From NCBI RefSeq assembly GCF_041146345.1, contig NW_027191404.1:2480001-2544000 (forward strand): a stretch of 64,000 bases of DNA. Direction: 5' to 3'. Position numbers and translations under genes: made by a program. The notes beneath the pieces are model-generated. The model was not told the DNA's origin, made no database searches, and saw nothing but the letters and a program-made list of their open reading frames with translations. This document shows, piece after piece, positions 12,296-25,708 of the stretch; within the stretch, counting starts at the first letter, position 1; each line of letters opens with the position of its first letter. The DNA comes from Neodothiora populina. Lineage: Eukaryota.

Positions 12296-15200
12296 ATGCC
12301 ATCAGCCGTGGACCCCAGCGGCGTCTCAGACGGCCGTGTCGCCAAACGACAAAGAGTCGGCACCAATGATGCTGTCTCCAAGGAAAACAGAAACAAGATC
12401 GGCACATCGAGACTCTTCGCGCCATACAGGGCAAGTCGTGGCAGCATCACTCCCTGAACTTTTCTCATGTATCTCATACTGACTCGTCATCTTCTGCGCA
12501 GACGGTAGGACTCGTGTCACCCACTCAGGTCCCCTTCACCAGCACCCCCCTCGGCAAAACGACCTTCCAGCTCACCACTTCGGTGGGGCGCAGCTTGCAG
12601 ACTTACGACCTGCGAAGGGGCCTCAACCTCAACTTCATCACCCGTCCACAGACTCCGGAATTCATCACAGCAAGCATGGCATGGAAGGACATGGTGTTCG
12701 CCGCCTGGGGAGCCGCGACCGCCGCCTCTCAGAGAGGTGTCTGGGCCTTCAAGCGTGGAAAGATGGTCGCCGAACTCGAGATGCCAAAGAATCTGCAAGA
12801 GGACGTCAAGACGCTGTGCATATTCGGGTCGTGGATCGTTGCATCTTGCCGCTCGCAGATTCTTGTCTGGAAATCCGACACTTTCGAACTCTACACCACC
12901 CTCCGAGGCAGCACCTCCAACCCCTTCACCGCATGCATTACCACCATGCCCACCATGCTGAACAAGATCCTTGCCGGCAAAGAGGATGGCACTGTCGAGC
13001 TATGGAACGTATCTAGCGGCAAACTCCTCTACTCCATTCTTGCTCCTGCTGCAGACTTTGGCGCCGTCACAGCCATCGAGCCGACGCCTGCTCTGTCTCT
13101 GGTCGCCATCGCCTATGAGGCCGGCCCGCTGATCATCCACAATGTCCACACCGACCAGACCATTCTACGCTTCAACCACAGCCGAGAGGGTCCTTCGGGC
13201 CCGGCAATCACCTCTATATCCTTCCGCACGGACGGGATGGGCGCAGGAGAAGATGGCAGAGACACGGGTGTCATGGCTACGGCATCACTCCAGAGCGGTG
13301 ATGTCACCCTCTGGGACCTCAACAACGGTGGTCGTAAGGCAGGTGTCCTACGTGGTGCACACGCCGCACCCTCTGCCGACTCACTCGGTGGCGTCAGCAG
13401 GATCCAATTTCTTCCTGGCCAGGCCATCCTTGTCTCATCCGGTCCTGACAATTCCCTCAAGACCTGGATCTTTGATCATACTCCTTTCTCGCCCGTCCCT
13501 CGTATCCTTCATCATCGCAGTGGACACGGTGCGCCCGTCACAACCCTCGCTTTCCTGCCTGCTGCCTCCGATGGATCAGATGCCAGCGGCAAGTGGCTAC
13601 TGAGCACCAGTAGAGACCGCAGCTTGTGGGGATGGAGTTTGCGTCGCGATGGACAGAGCTCCGAACTCTCCCAAGGCAATGTCACAAAGAAAGCACGAAA
13701 GATGGGCATACTCGCCTCCGAGGGCAGAGACAGCATCGAGGGCCTCAAGGCTCCCCCCATCACCGCTATCGCTTGCTCGCTGAATCGCGACGGCGGCATG
13801 GGCGCCATTCCTGGCAAGCAACCTATCTGGCAAAACTCAGGAAAAGCCAAGGGTGCCAGCAACACAGAAAGCAGCGGCATGACAGGCTGGGAGAGTGTCG
13901 TCACCGCCCATGAAGGCGACAACAAGGCCAGGACTTGGTTCTGGGGAAGGAAAAAGGCCGGTCGTTGGGCCTTTGAGACTTCTGATCAGGCTGCAGTTCA
14001 GAGCGTTGCCATCTCTCCTTGTGGAACCTTTGCCCTTGTCGGTTCCGCCAACGGTGGCATTGACATGTTCAACTTGCAGTCTGGCAACCACCGACAAAGA
14101 TATCCTGCACGACTCACACCCGCTCAGGCTCGCCAACTCAAAATTGACCTGCTAAAAGCCGACGAAGAGATTGCCCCCTCGGCCAATGTCACAAAAGCGA
14201 GATTCTATCGCGGTCAAGGCAAACACACTGCCGCCATCACTGGCTTGGCCGTTGACAACCTGAACAGGACGGTGATAAGCTGCGGTGCCGACGGGAAGAT
14301 CAAGTTCTGGGACTTCCACACCGGTCGGCTTTCGCACGAGATCGACTGGTCTGGGGCCGTGCAAATTACAGGCATGCGCTTGAACCGGGGCTCCGAGCTT
14401 GCTGCATTTGCCTGCCACGACGGTTGCATCCGAGTCATCGACATCACTACCTACAAGCTCATTCGTGAGCTGAAACTGACGAGGAAATCTACTCCTACTG
14501 CGGTGCAATTTCCCGACTTCACATTCTCGAGTGACGGAAGATGGATCCTTGCAGCGACATCTTCGCTTGTCTGCGCCTGGGATCTACCGACCGGTCATTT
14601 GATTGATGCCTTTAAGCTCCCCTCCGGCTGCAGCGCTATTTCCTTTTCGCCAACTGGAGAGTACTTTGCGACTGCGAGCACCGAACACGTGGGCGTCGAC
14701 ATTTGGTCGAACAAGACGCTGTTCACCCACGTCCCAACTCGACACATCACGGAGGCCGAACTATCGACCATCAACCAATCACAGGCTCAAGCCCCGACTG
14801 TTTCCGGCGAGGGTGGCGAATCACTTATCGGGACACTCGCCAACTCTGCGGAAGGGGAAGAAGAGGAAGACTTTGACCTCGACACCATTGACTCGCTTGA
14901 CGCTGACCTGGCGTCGTTGTCACAAGACCTTGTGTCTCTGTCATTGGTACCGCGCTCTCGTTGGCAGAACCTGCTCCACTTGGACGTCATCCGACAACGC
15001 AACAAGCCCATTGCACCCCCGAAGAAGCCAGAAAAGGCGCCTTTCTTCTTGCCGTCTCTGCAAGAGCGTCAGAACAACCCTGCTCTCCGCCAAGATGCTC
15101 ATTCACAAGACCTTGCAAGTCTCGAGCAGGAGAGAAGCAGAATCATGAGAATGGACCGCGGAGGCAAACTCGGTACTTTTACCAGTCACCTACGAAATGC

Positions 15201-15573
15201 TGCCGACACGGCGGATTACAGCGGCTTCGTGTCTCATCTCAAGACGCTGAATCCCGCAGCTGCCGATGTCGAGATCCGCTCGCTCTCTTCTGCAACGACT
15301 TCTCTGTCCGGTGATGATCATCAGGCCAACGAGCTCGTGGCTTTCGTAGAGGCATTGACAAGTCTAATGCGAAGCAAGAGAGACTTTGAGCTGGGTCAGG
15401 CTTGGATGGCTGTCTTCTTGAAGGTGCACGCGGACGTCATCGGAGAAGACGAGGATCTAAGGGACGCAGTGGAAGAGTGGCAGGGTGCCGCAAGGGCTGA
15501 GAAGGAAAGGGTCGAGACGCTCAGTGAATACTGTAATGGTATGATTGGTTATCTCAGGGCGGCGAGAGTCTGA
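12296..15573 (+). CDS. UTP21: U3 snoRNA-associated protein 21 (WD40, SSU processome UTP-B)
   Basis: Exons 12296-12430 and 12502-15573, joined by a GC-AG intron, give SRLFAPYR-TVGLVSPTQVPF. WD40 repeats are followed by the Utp21 C-domain (SRWQNLLHLDVIRQRNKP...KAPFFLPSL). Confidence 0.93.
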
Positions 15574-16610
15574 TATGGGTTTGTCAGAATACACATGTAG
15601 CATAGATACACAGTAGTTGTACATGTACTGTACATCCCTGCCGCGATTACATATGCGCGCCATGGGAGGATTCAGGCGTCTAGATTGATTGATCTTCGAG
15701 AGATCCGAAAGATGGTCACATTGGAACAAAAACTTTTTCTAGAAGTTGTCAACTGACCACGTCAACGTCACCGATTCCGACGAGGACCCAGATTTTCTGA
15801 TCTGAGTATATCCGTCAATCTGGGTCATTTGGTATAGTTGCATCAGTGGTTTTGTATTAGAACGGGCCGCAATAGGAACGTCAAAAGTCGGCAAAAATCG
15901 GTTTAGAGCGGACCCTTGTTTCCCCCAGATCTCGACGTTGGTTCCCGCCGCCATCCTTCCTTCTTTGACGCCATACATCATACTTCAATTTGTCCCCTTG
16001 CCTTACCCTTACCTTGCTGACCCTCTTCCGGGTTCACTAGCATCCTTCGACAAATCACAGGTATTGTAGAGGCAGACTAGATGAAGATCAGGCCCTTCTA
16101 GCGCGGTGGCAAGAAGACTTTCTGCTGTATAACTGCCCGTCTCGGTATCCCTGGTCTTCCGTCCTCCGCTGCCTCCTACCCTACTTTACCGCACGCACTC
16201 CAGCCATGTTGTAAACGAATGATGATGACTTGGTGTGGACCCTGTGTAGAAAAGTCGGGATCAATAGAGTCATCAGGCCTCCTGACTTCTATCTGATGAT
16301 GACCGATCTTGCCGCGGGACCGAAGACCGATAGCCAGCGGTAATGTAGGTCCTCTCTTGCTGGTCTGTCCGGCTACTGCGTAATGAGGGTCTCTGGATGA
16401 GCATTCGTATGCTTTTTGTCCCACATGTGAATTTGACAGGGTAGGGGATTGCGTAGATATATATCTGCTTCTGGTCTCCATGTAGGTCTTTGAGATTCAA
16501 AGAATAAGTCTGAACCCCTTTTTCTGCCGCATATTTCCTGTCGAATATCTCATCTATAACGTTTCCTATCTTGATACTATCGAACTGCCTTGAAAACCAA
16601 AATACGTGAT

Positions 16611-17684
16611 ATGGCTTCCCACGACTACGACTACGTGACGAGTCCTGTGCGACACACTTTTGCAAGCACACGGCTTCCGACGCCTCCGCCTACTCAGCAC
16701 CATCACCAGCATCAAGGCCATTCAAATCGACGAATGTCGGAGGACGTCAGCACTATGCCTACATCGTCTCGAGCCCTGTTAGAAGTCGCATCACATCCAT
16801 TGCCTCCAGTCGTGACGCGGCAACGGTCGGCTTCTGCGCCTTATCAAGATGTAGTCGTACGGGAGTTTCCACTGACGACCAGTCGACAACCCACCCAGGA
16901 AGGATATCAGCGAAAACATGAACAAAATCGACAAGAAGAGTCAACAGAGACAGACCCCCTCGACCAACACGACAAGCACCGCGCCGCCGCTCGCGACAGC
17001 TTCATGGAATGGGACCCATTCACAGCGGACTTCACGGGATCCGTCAACGAGACAGAATCACTCAGCTCGCCGTACACAGCCAGCTCCTTCGAACCAGCCT
17101 TCCCGGCGCCATTGCGAATCACCAAGATCGCCGTGCGCGACGTGCTGACAAACAACACGTTCATCAGCATAACGCGCAACGCAGTGCACCTGCCCTCGCC
17201 CTTCTCCACCAAGCCTCTGTTGACTCTGACGCGGACCACGACGGGCCAGCCGGTCGGCAGTATTCGGTTCCACATGGCGAAATCAGCCATCGATATCGAT
17301 CTGCACGGGGTCGGGCACACGCGCATGGAACACGACGGTCGGCTGCCCACGAACAAGAACAGGTGGAAGTTCGAGTCGATGCTCAAAGGCAACGGGATCA
17401 GTGGACCCGAACGCAGGTTTTATTACTGGTGCAAAGACAGGCACCAAGACGGGGGGTGGGAGCTGAGGGACAACGGCAGAAAGGGGCATGTGGTGGCTAG
17501 GATCGAGGTGTCGGACGCCGAGGAGTTGTTGCTCGAGTTTGAGAAGATGGGCATGGGCGAGAGAGAGGTCGAGGAGGTGCTCATTAGTGCTGTGGCGCTG
17601 GTCGAGGCGCTGAGGAGGAGTCATAAGGATGAGGAGTGGAGTGAGGTGCAGCCGCATTATATGGGTCCACATGCTGTGGTGTGA
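16611..17684 (+). CDS. Hypothetical protein with a low-complexity N-half and a predicted beta-rich C-terminal domain
   Basis: Long ORF with a GC-rich coding-like codon pattern and first ATG at 16611. The C-terminal YYWCK...WELRD...VVARI...EEVLISAVALVE pattern resembles fungal LURP/tubby-like small domains (inference). Confidence 0.6.
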   Translation: MASHDYDYVTSPVRHTFASTRLPTPPPTQHHHQHQGHSNRRMSEDVSTMPTSSRALLEVASHPLPPVVTRQRSASAPYQDVVVREFPLTTSRQPTQEGYQRKHEQNRQEESTETDPLDQHDKHRAAARDSFMEWDPFTADFTGSVNETESLSSPYTASSFEPAFPAPLRITKIAVRDVLTNNTFISITRNAVHLPSPFSTKPLLTLTRTTTGQPVGSIRFHMAKSAIDIDLHGVGHTRMEHDGRLPTNKNRWKFESMLKGNGISGPERRFYYWCKDRHQDGGWELRDNGRKGHVVARIEVSDAEELLLEFEKMGMGEREVEEVLISAVALVEALRRSHKDEEWSEVQPHYMGPHAVV

Positions 17685-18476
17685 GGCGTTCTGTTTCTGA
17701 TTGCTTACGATGTGTATGACCCAAAATATCGATCTTTCTGTTTCCTCGGTCCTTGATGCACTTGCACTGTGACTTGGTGCTTATAGGGGAAGTGAGACGC
17801 GCAAGGCAATCATGTGTCCCCCCCCCCCACTCCACAACATTGCATTCAGCATCCTACAGTGCCATACTGTTATGTTTATACATGGATCAAGATATATACA
17901 CATCAACACATCACAAACGACGCAATCACCACAAATATAGCCATGAAAACCATAAGAGAGTAATAGCAGTATCACGGACAGGGTCTGCCTCCAGCCCAGC
18001 TCCAGTTCACCAAAAAATCAAGTTTGTCCAAATCGCAAACAGTCAGACAGCAGATGAAGTACCTGTACCTTTCGCTACAAAATAATACCTTAGTTATATC
18101 TCCGGAGTTTACGAGACGGCCACCCCGGCCGCCAGCCTGTAAAGTATATATACTGTACAAGTTTCGGTCTAGCAATTAATTTCCTCTCTCGGCGTCGAGT
18201 CTAGGTTTGAGTCAACTCTGATTCTTTTGGCCGTCAGAGAGACAAAAAAGAGATCACGGTACCTCTGACGGAGGAAAACAAGAAGAGCGTTCTCCGTACG
18301 ATAAGGTGTCTCATCTTGTCCAATGTGGCAAGAGACAGACGAACGGGTATCACAATTCAGATCTGCCAAAACAGAGCAAGAAAGATTAACTATCTTCTTC
18401 GCATTGGTCGGAAAATCATAGAGAGCACGGAAAAGAGCAGAGGCAGCGAATATAAGAAGAGGAACAGAAAAAAGAG

Positions 18477-20475
18477 ATGAAAGCAGTAGGAGGCCTGGGC
18501 CATCTCCCTGCTCCGTCTCCTGCTGTCCTGAGATTCCTGCGCATTCAAGCAGATTCGCTGTCTTTTCTCGCCTCTCAGAAGAGGGTTGTCGCAGCAGCGC
18601 CGCCGACCAAGACGACGTGCTGGACTCGTACTCGAGCTGCTTCGACACTTTGTGGGACTGCGGGAGCGGGAGCGAGGAATGCGACGGATGGAGTGAAGAT
18701 AACCAGTCGCTTTGGAGCAGGTCATGAAGTACCGACAACGACAAGGCGCTCGAGAAACACCAGTGAATTGCAAAGTCAAGGTGCCGCGGGTATATTCAAG
18801 CGTGGACTCTCGTCTTGTGCAGACAACAGGAACAGCAGGAAAGGCTTCTCAGCCACGGCGAACAGTATCCGCACATTCACAACGTCCACAAAGGAAAACC
18901 GAACGTTCAGACCGTGGCAGCGCATGCGACAAAAGTCGGCCGGACCGCTGCAGCCGAATGATTTGCCTCCCGCTGGTCCCAGTCTGTTGGACGACAGTTC
19001 GTCCTTGAGCAGGATCACTCCGATCAATGAGTTGAGATTACGGTGTACGGAGTTTGACGAGAATGGAAATGTCACCTTGGTCAATGGAGCGTTCAAGAAG
19101 AGCGAGCTTATTGCAAAGGTATTGTCTATGTCTCTTACCCTTGGACACGGCCGTTGCCTTGACCCATGTTTTACGAGCCTGGGCTAATGATTGAGAAAAC
19201 AACAGTACGGTCTCCTGCCCCGAGATCTCCGCAAGATCGACTCCTCCACGCTTCCTCACATCCTCGTGCGCTCTTCGGCGATCCTGATAAACCTGCTCCA
19301 CATCCGCTGTCTCATCAAGCACAACCGCGTGCTCGTCTTCGACGCCTACGGAACCACAGACTCGCACACCCAGTCTCTGTTCATGTACGATCTAGAAGGC
19401 AAACTGCAGCTGCGCGAAGGACGAGCAGCGGGTTCTCTTCCCTACGAGTTCCGCGCTCTCGAAGCCGTGCTGATCAGCGTCACCGCCGGCCTGGAAGGCG
19501 AATTTGAAGGCGTCAGAGTGCCCGTCGTCAAAGTCCTGAGGGAGCTAGAGGAAGATATCGACAGGGACAAGCTGCGTCATCTGCTGATCTACTCCAAGAA
19601 ACTGGGCACCTTCGAACAGAAAGCGCGACTCGTGAGAGACGCCATTGATGATCTGCTAGAGGCAGACGACGATCTCGCGTCAATGTATCTCAGCGAGAAA
19701 GCGGCAGGCATCAAGCGCGGCGAGGACGACCATCAGGAAGTCGAGATGCTCCTCGAGTCGTACCACAAAGTGTGCGACGAAATCGTCCAGGTCAGTGGCA
19801 ATTTGGTCAGCAACATCCGCAACACGGAAGAAATGTAAGTTGTTTTTGTCCCTTTCCAATATCACAACACATATAACGACTTGAAACTAATTTTGCAACC
19901 CACAACCCAGCGTCAAAGCAATACTCGACGCCAACCGTAACTCCCTAATGCTTCTCGACCTGAAATTCACAATCCTAACCCTGGGCATCGGAGTCGGCAC
20001 TTTCTTCGCCGGCCTCTACGGCATGAACCTCAAGAACTTCATCGAAGAAACCGACTTCGGCTTCCCCCTGGTATCCGTGTCGTGCGGCGTCTTCGCCGTC
20101 GCAGCAATCGTCTACGGACTGCGCAAACTCCGCAAAGTGCAGAGACTGAGCATGTGGGGCGAAGGCGGCAGTCTGGACCAGGGAGGCGTGGGAAAAGGCA
20201 GGGGTGGACGGGGTAGTTGGAGGGAGGTCGATCCGCAGGGTCAATTGGCTGGCGAGAGGAAGGTGTCGTCGTCGCCAAAGTGGAAGCCCGCTTCTGCTTC
20301 TGCTTCTGCTGCTGCTGCTAATGCTCATCACCACTCGCATCTTCATGCTCAGCATCAGAGACGTATGGGCGGCATGCACGACGAGGCAGACGCCGCCGCC
20401 GCCGCCGCCACTTCTACTCCTGCTGGCGCCTCTGGAGCCGGCCTCGGCACTTCGTCGACGGTGGACAGGCTCTGA
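18477..20475 (+). CDS. MRS2: Mitochondrial inner-membrane Mg2+ transporter (MRS2/LPE10, CorA family)
   Basis: Exons 18477-19118, 19206-19834 and 19911-20475. Motifs YGLLPRDLRKID, LPYEFRALE, LDANRNSLM and the GMN motif (GLYGMNL) between two TM helices, plus a basic presequence. Confidence 0.92.
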
Positions 20476-21365
20476 TTTCTTGTTTGTACTTCTTTCCACG
20501 ACGAGGAAAAGGGACGATGAGGAATCAACAGCGAGAAAAAGAACACATGACCGGAAATCTCAACAAAAGGAAAGCAAGACTGTTCCTTACTCTCGGCTGG
20601 TCCCATCTGCGCGGTTCCGCCCAAGTCAAAGTTTCCACTTGTCAAGATCCGACTGCAGAAATTCATCAGAAGAAGAAGAACCCGTGACGCAAGCCTTGTA
20701 ACACGACTAAACTACGCTACGCACGGCCTCTCAGCTGTGGATCATGTATGTGTATATGTACGATAAAACCCTGAAATATGTCGTGTACGATAGATAAACC
20801 AAAAGATAGAGAGAAAGAGAAGAAAAAGAAGCTCAAAACAAATAATGTAAATCTCATCTCCAACCTAGGGAAGGGAGCAAAAGGGGCAGAGGCAGGGAAA
20901 AAGGGAAAAATCAAAGCCATAAGGAGAGAGAGAAAAAGATAATGTACCGGTATTAGTTCCAATGATGAGATAGATGAGATGGCCTACCTGGCTCAGTAGT
21001 TGATGTTTAGGTTTTCATACCCTTTTTTTTCCCCCACTTTTTCACCTTTCACTTTTTTGGGGGACCGCTCGTTTATGGCTCGTCTGTGTATGGTACATCG
21101 ACTGCCTGCGCAAGAGTCTTGTCAGCCTGCTTTGAGTGTACCATTATTCACGTCACTTAATTGTCTATACCTTACGCAAGCTGCTTATAATGTACTGTAT
21201 ACATAGATCAGCTACGGTACTTGTTCATATATGTTGTTGGCTGCTGCTTGGACGTTGTACAGCAGGTACTTGAGCCAGCACATGTAACAGTTGAGTGTCA
21301 TGTACCGACTAGGTACTCGAGTGTTGTGATTGGGGCTACTCATGGACTCATACCCGAGAAATCTA

Positions 21366-24057
21366 TCATAACCATGCGTCATTGTCCTTGACAATAGCAC
21401 CGCTCCCTGCATTCAAGACTGATGGTATTGCCGTTGTCGTCGTCGTCGTCGTCGTCGTCGTAGTTAGTGGCTGAGCAGAAGAAAGCTCTACCGTCAAATC
21501 ATCAGTGCTGAATCCCCCGTCTCCCATCAAATCATCTATTCTCCAATTCAGAATGTCTTCTTGGTTTTGCGCGCCTAGTTGTTGCTCCCATGTTGTCTGT
21601 TATCGCGTAAGCGAAAACGTGTTAGCGAAAAAGGAAACCGAAAATCAAAACAGAAAGGGGCTGGAACAAGAGTATGGATTGGTTCCGGAAGGGGAAAAAA
21701 GAGGTGCTTACCCAGTCGATGTTTTGAATGTCGGACATCATACTGTCGAACGTCGGGTTGAGGTCCTGCAGTCCTGTCGTTTTCGCATAGCCGCCACCGC
21801 CGCCATATTGCCAGTCTTGATCTATAGTGTGCATATTCGGTACCATTGTGCTGTTCGTGACGCTGGAAGGAGTCGACGCGGGCCAAGTGGAGACTGGTAA
21901 GTCGTTAGTGTGAAAAGCACCGAGGAAATAAGGAAAGAATCGCGGACCTGATGTAGATAAAGTCGAAGGGCCCGTCTGTAGAAAAGCTGCGTTGGGCTTG
22001 TTCTGTCTGTTCTTGACAATATGCAACATCCTCTCCATAGCCTTGCACGCCTTCATGGTATCTTGCATGATCGCGTTGTCATTGAGTGCATATCGTTTCA
22101 TCGCGTCGCCTTGACCCAACAATTGTGTTGTTTCGCGAATCGACTCTTCCCAGATGGCTTTTGTCTTTTCTAATGCCTTCATCATCTCCTCTCGCGTTGC
22201 AACCACGGATTCCGTTGATGCAGAGCCAGAGCACCCCTCCTGTCCAGATTGGTTGAGTTCAAGGCAGACAATCATCGCAGCCATCAAGAAGTCCGCTTTC
22301 GCGTAGGACTCGATGTACCAGGAAACACTTTCGAGTCGGCCTCCAGCCCTGCTTGCTTCGCTCGTGGTGTGATGATGTCGAAGCATTTGCATTGAGGACT
22401 CGACGCATGCCCTGCGTGAGTACGCCATGGCCGGCTCCGTTGCAGAATTGACCATGAATCGTCTGTGAAGCACGCATTTGGTTTTCAACAGCAAGATATC
22501 TAGGTTGATGCAGCAAAGTATGACTTCTGGGGATTCCGTTACTCGCATCTCGAAGGCCTTCTTTCGTAGCGAGGGAGGTATATTTGCACTTGCATGTTCT
22601 AATTCGGCATCGACAGCCATGACCGCATCGTATGATGGCGGACTGGTCAAATGCGACAATTCCGCAGCGTTTGAAAATACCCGACATATCCTGACTTTTG
22701 CATTGCCGTAAGCCGACGGAGTGAACTCTTCTACCGGGCGTTCAGGAGGAAGTGCAATCGAGTCAACACCAAAGTCCTGGTCTAGGATATTGTGAGGAGG
22801 CTGAGTGTCACTTTGAATAGTACGCAACATCCCCGGCAGACCTAGATGAAACGAGATGAGAACATCAGACATGTACAAAATTGCATAAGTCCGTCGCCGC
22901 ATCTCGCACGCATATGGAGAGAGTTTGCCATAATGACTGGCGTCTCGGTGATACCCCATGCGGAGAGCAAGTCTGACAACGACTCCGAGAAGGAGCCACA
23001 CTTCGAGGTCAGCGGCTTTGGCCCGCCACAAGCCAAGATAGAGGAGAAGAGCTTCTATCGTAAAGGGTTTTGGTGTCATGTACTCTCCTAAGACAAGGGC
23101 CGACGCCGACAGCTTGTGGTACTCGTCGGCCTCTGAACAAATAGCATGGGCTTGTGGCGTCGCAAATTCCTTTGATCTCTGCAGGCGGAAGAAGCATCCG
23201 AGACTCATAATCGCGTACAAGAGCGCAATCCATATCGTCGGCGCTGCTTGCGGGTCATTCCAGAACTGCTGGTACTCTATTTCAAATTGTATTTTATGAA
23301 TCACGGCCTTGAATGGATCAGATGAACTGAACCAAGTAGCTAGCAGCTGATCAACCTTGTGTCTTGGAGGCAGTCTCTGTAGCAATTCAGACTTTGTAAG
23401 TACCTTCGGCGATTGTAGCAGCGACCCAGTGACCCCGGTGGAACCTGTCACGTTCGATGCTTCATTCTGACCTGGCAGCACATCATCGATTGTGGCATCA
23501 TTGTCATCATCGCTGTCGAGCTCCCGTTTCAGATCGGCTATACCGTCCAGGATAGTCGCCCAGTGTGCTGAACCAACATAGCTCGTCCCGCCACCATTGA
23601 TTTTTAGCTGTCCAATAGCTGCAGAACCGGTGTCATCGGGAACTTTCGGCTCAGGGACGCCTAGACGTGTCACAAAGTCTTGCTCACTATCAGGCGGCGT
23701 CAGTTGAATTTCTTTCTGATTCGTCTTTGCTATGTGGCTTGGTTGTTCAGCCTGGCCGACGTGAGCCACAGAGTTACTGCTATGTTCACTGTACGCATTG
23801 GCGACGGTGCTGTCCACAGCGGACTTGGAGTTCATGAGATCCACGACCAACTGCTCCAGATGGCGGATGCGACCCTTGACATTGTTGTCTCGACGAGGTT
23901 TTGAAACAGGAGCTGGATATGTACAGGAGGCTGCCTTGTTTCTCTTCTCACACTGATCACAGGGCTTTTTCCTGGAGCACTTGAGCTTGCCAATCCTACA
24001 TGGATCGCAACTCAGCTGCGATCTCACGCGCTTTTGCTTCTGGGTTGATTGGTCCAT
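21366..24057 (-). CDS. Zn(II)2Cys6 transcription factor with fungal MHR domain
   Basis: Zinc cluster CDPCRIGKLKCSRKKPCDQCEKRNKAASC and MHR motif ALRMGYHRD...EMRRR. Last intron 21597-21711; terminal exon 21596-21366 contains a poly-Thr from a (GTC)n repeat. The start ATG 24057 is tentative. Confidence 0.88.
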
Positions 24058-24578
24058 TTGCTCGTATTCCCAGTCCTTGGCCGAGGGCCGACATGTCACA
24101 GTAGACGGAGCGGTCACACGAAATAAAGACAGAACGACGTTACCGATGCGCCGGAGATGCCAAGACGAGATAGCTGCTTCACAAGCTTTCGGAACGCTGT
24201 ACCTTATTCTGCGGCATGGGGCACGAATCTGTGCAGGGTCATGGAGGGGTTGGAGGGGTTAACAAAGTGATCGACAATCTTTCACAATCTGGCATGCGAT
24301 CGATTTGCAAAGGGTATTTGTTCGCTAAAAACGGGAACTTGATTGGCTATCTGTCTTATCCAGTTTTAAGATAGCTACAAGGCAAAAGATACGCTCGTAA
24401 TATCTTGTTCATTTTCCAAATGTCATGAGACAGCTGCAAGGGCTTTTTGATTTCCCCTCCGCTGTCTAGGTGTCCGTGCAACGGCAGTTGTATTTCTCAA
24501 TTGTCCTGCCCCGCCCCGGCCCTTGGGGGTATGCTTCTTGTCAAACTTCAGGGCGATGTCGGTCCAGCCATTGATCGC

Positions 24579-25009
24579 TTAAGCACCGTCACGCTTGCGC
24601 TGGCCAGTGTAGCAGGCCAGGCCGTAGGTCTTGGTGGTGAAGGTGATGGTGGCGCCCTTGGGGAAGTAGAGGACGTCTCCAGGAACAGCGTGCACAGTTT
24701 GGCCGGTCTCGTCGGTGATGTCCATGTGGCCCTCGAGCATGATCTTCATCTCGTCGTAGGTGTACTTGTAGACGAGGGGAGTGCCTAAAAACCATTGTCA
24801 GCCCGATTGCCTACACGATCATTACTTTCAAGAAGTGACCTACCAGCCATGAGTCTGTAGAATCCCATGGAGATAGGAGTCTCAGGAGCGTGCTTCTCGC
24901 TGCTGAGGACGTCTCCGAGGAAAGCGTTCTCGTTGGCGATAAGTGGAGGCTCATACTCCTGCTGGGCCTTGGCGATGTAGCCCATCTTGAGGGGAGCGGC
25001 GGAAGACAT
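24579..25009 (-). CDS. EutQ-like (ethanolamine utilisation/DUF861) cupin
   Basis: Exons 25009-24844 and 24784-24579 give ...PISMGFYRLMAG-TPLVYKYTYDEMKIMLEG...PGDVLYFPKGATITF, the cupin signature. Confidence 0.8.
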
Positions 25010-25708
25010 GTTTGGCTGGTTGGGTTGTTGTTGTGAGGGATGGGAGTGTAGTTGATGATCGAGGATAGTGATGAGAGAAACGGATTGGGAAGCCAGGCGC
25101 TGCTGCTATTATATGGTTCACAGAAATGCCGCCACGAATGTATTATCTACAGTATTACATACTTCCTGTGGAGCGTCCGACATGCTCGAGTGTGTCACAG
25201 TCAATGTTCAGCCAAATAGTCCGGCTCTATCGCACTTGCATCCCTAAAGGAGCCATATCTACTTGCGGGGTACCTACGTATCAGCGTCGCCGACACTTGG
25301 ATGGACCTGAATGGATCGTTGAGGATTAGATATGCGGAAGGGTGTTGAGAGGAAGTTTTGCCCGGATTGGGAAACAGGTCCATGGTCACGTGCCATAGAG
25401 CCCTACGGCGGCGCCCAGTACGCTTAGTCTTGGGACATCCGACGGATCTGCCTTCGATCAGGCGGCATGATATGATTGTTCGTAGGACATCACTTGCGCA
25501 GAGACGTTGACAGGAATCACGATGTGGATATGATTGAAGAGATGGTAGAAATCCAAGGCTCCTTCGAGGCATAATATCATTCTCGTTTGCATCGCATTAT
25601 TCAACTGTTCCCAAATCCTCACCTGACTCCATTCCCAAAATTGTCCCTATGAAAAAGATAGCTACTTAATATACCAAACCATTTCCCCCAATGCTATGCT
25701 ATGCGTTA

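Noticed and set aside
16219..16300. Possible box C/D snoRNA (ATGATGA ... CTGA)
   Set aside because: The boxes sit in (TGA)n-rich sequence, and I recognise no terminal stem or rRNA-complementary guide. A snoscan/Infernal run would be needed.
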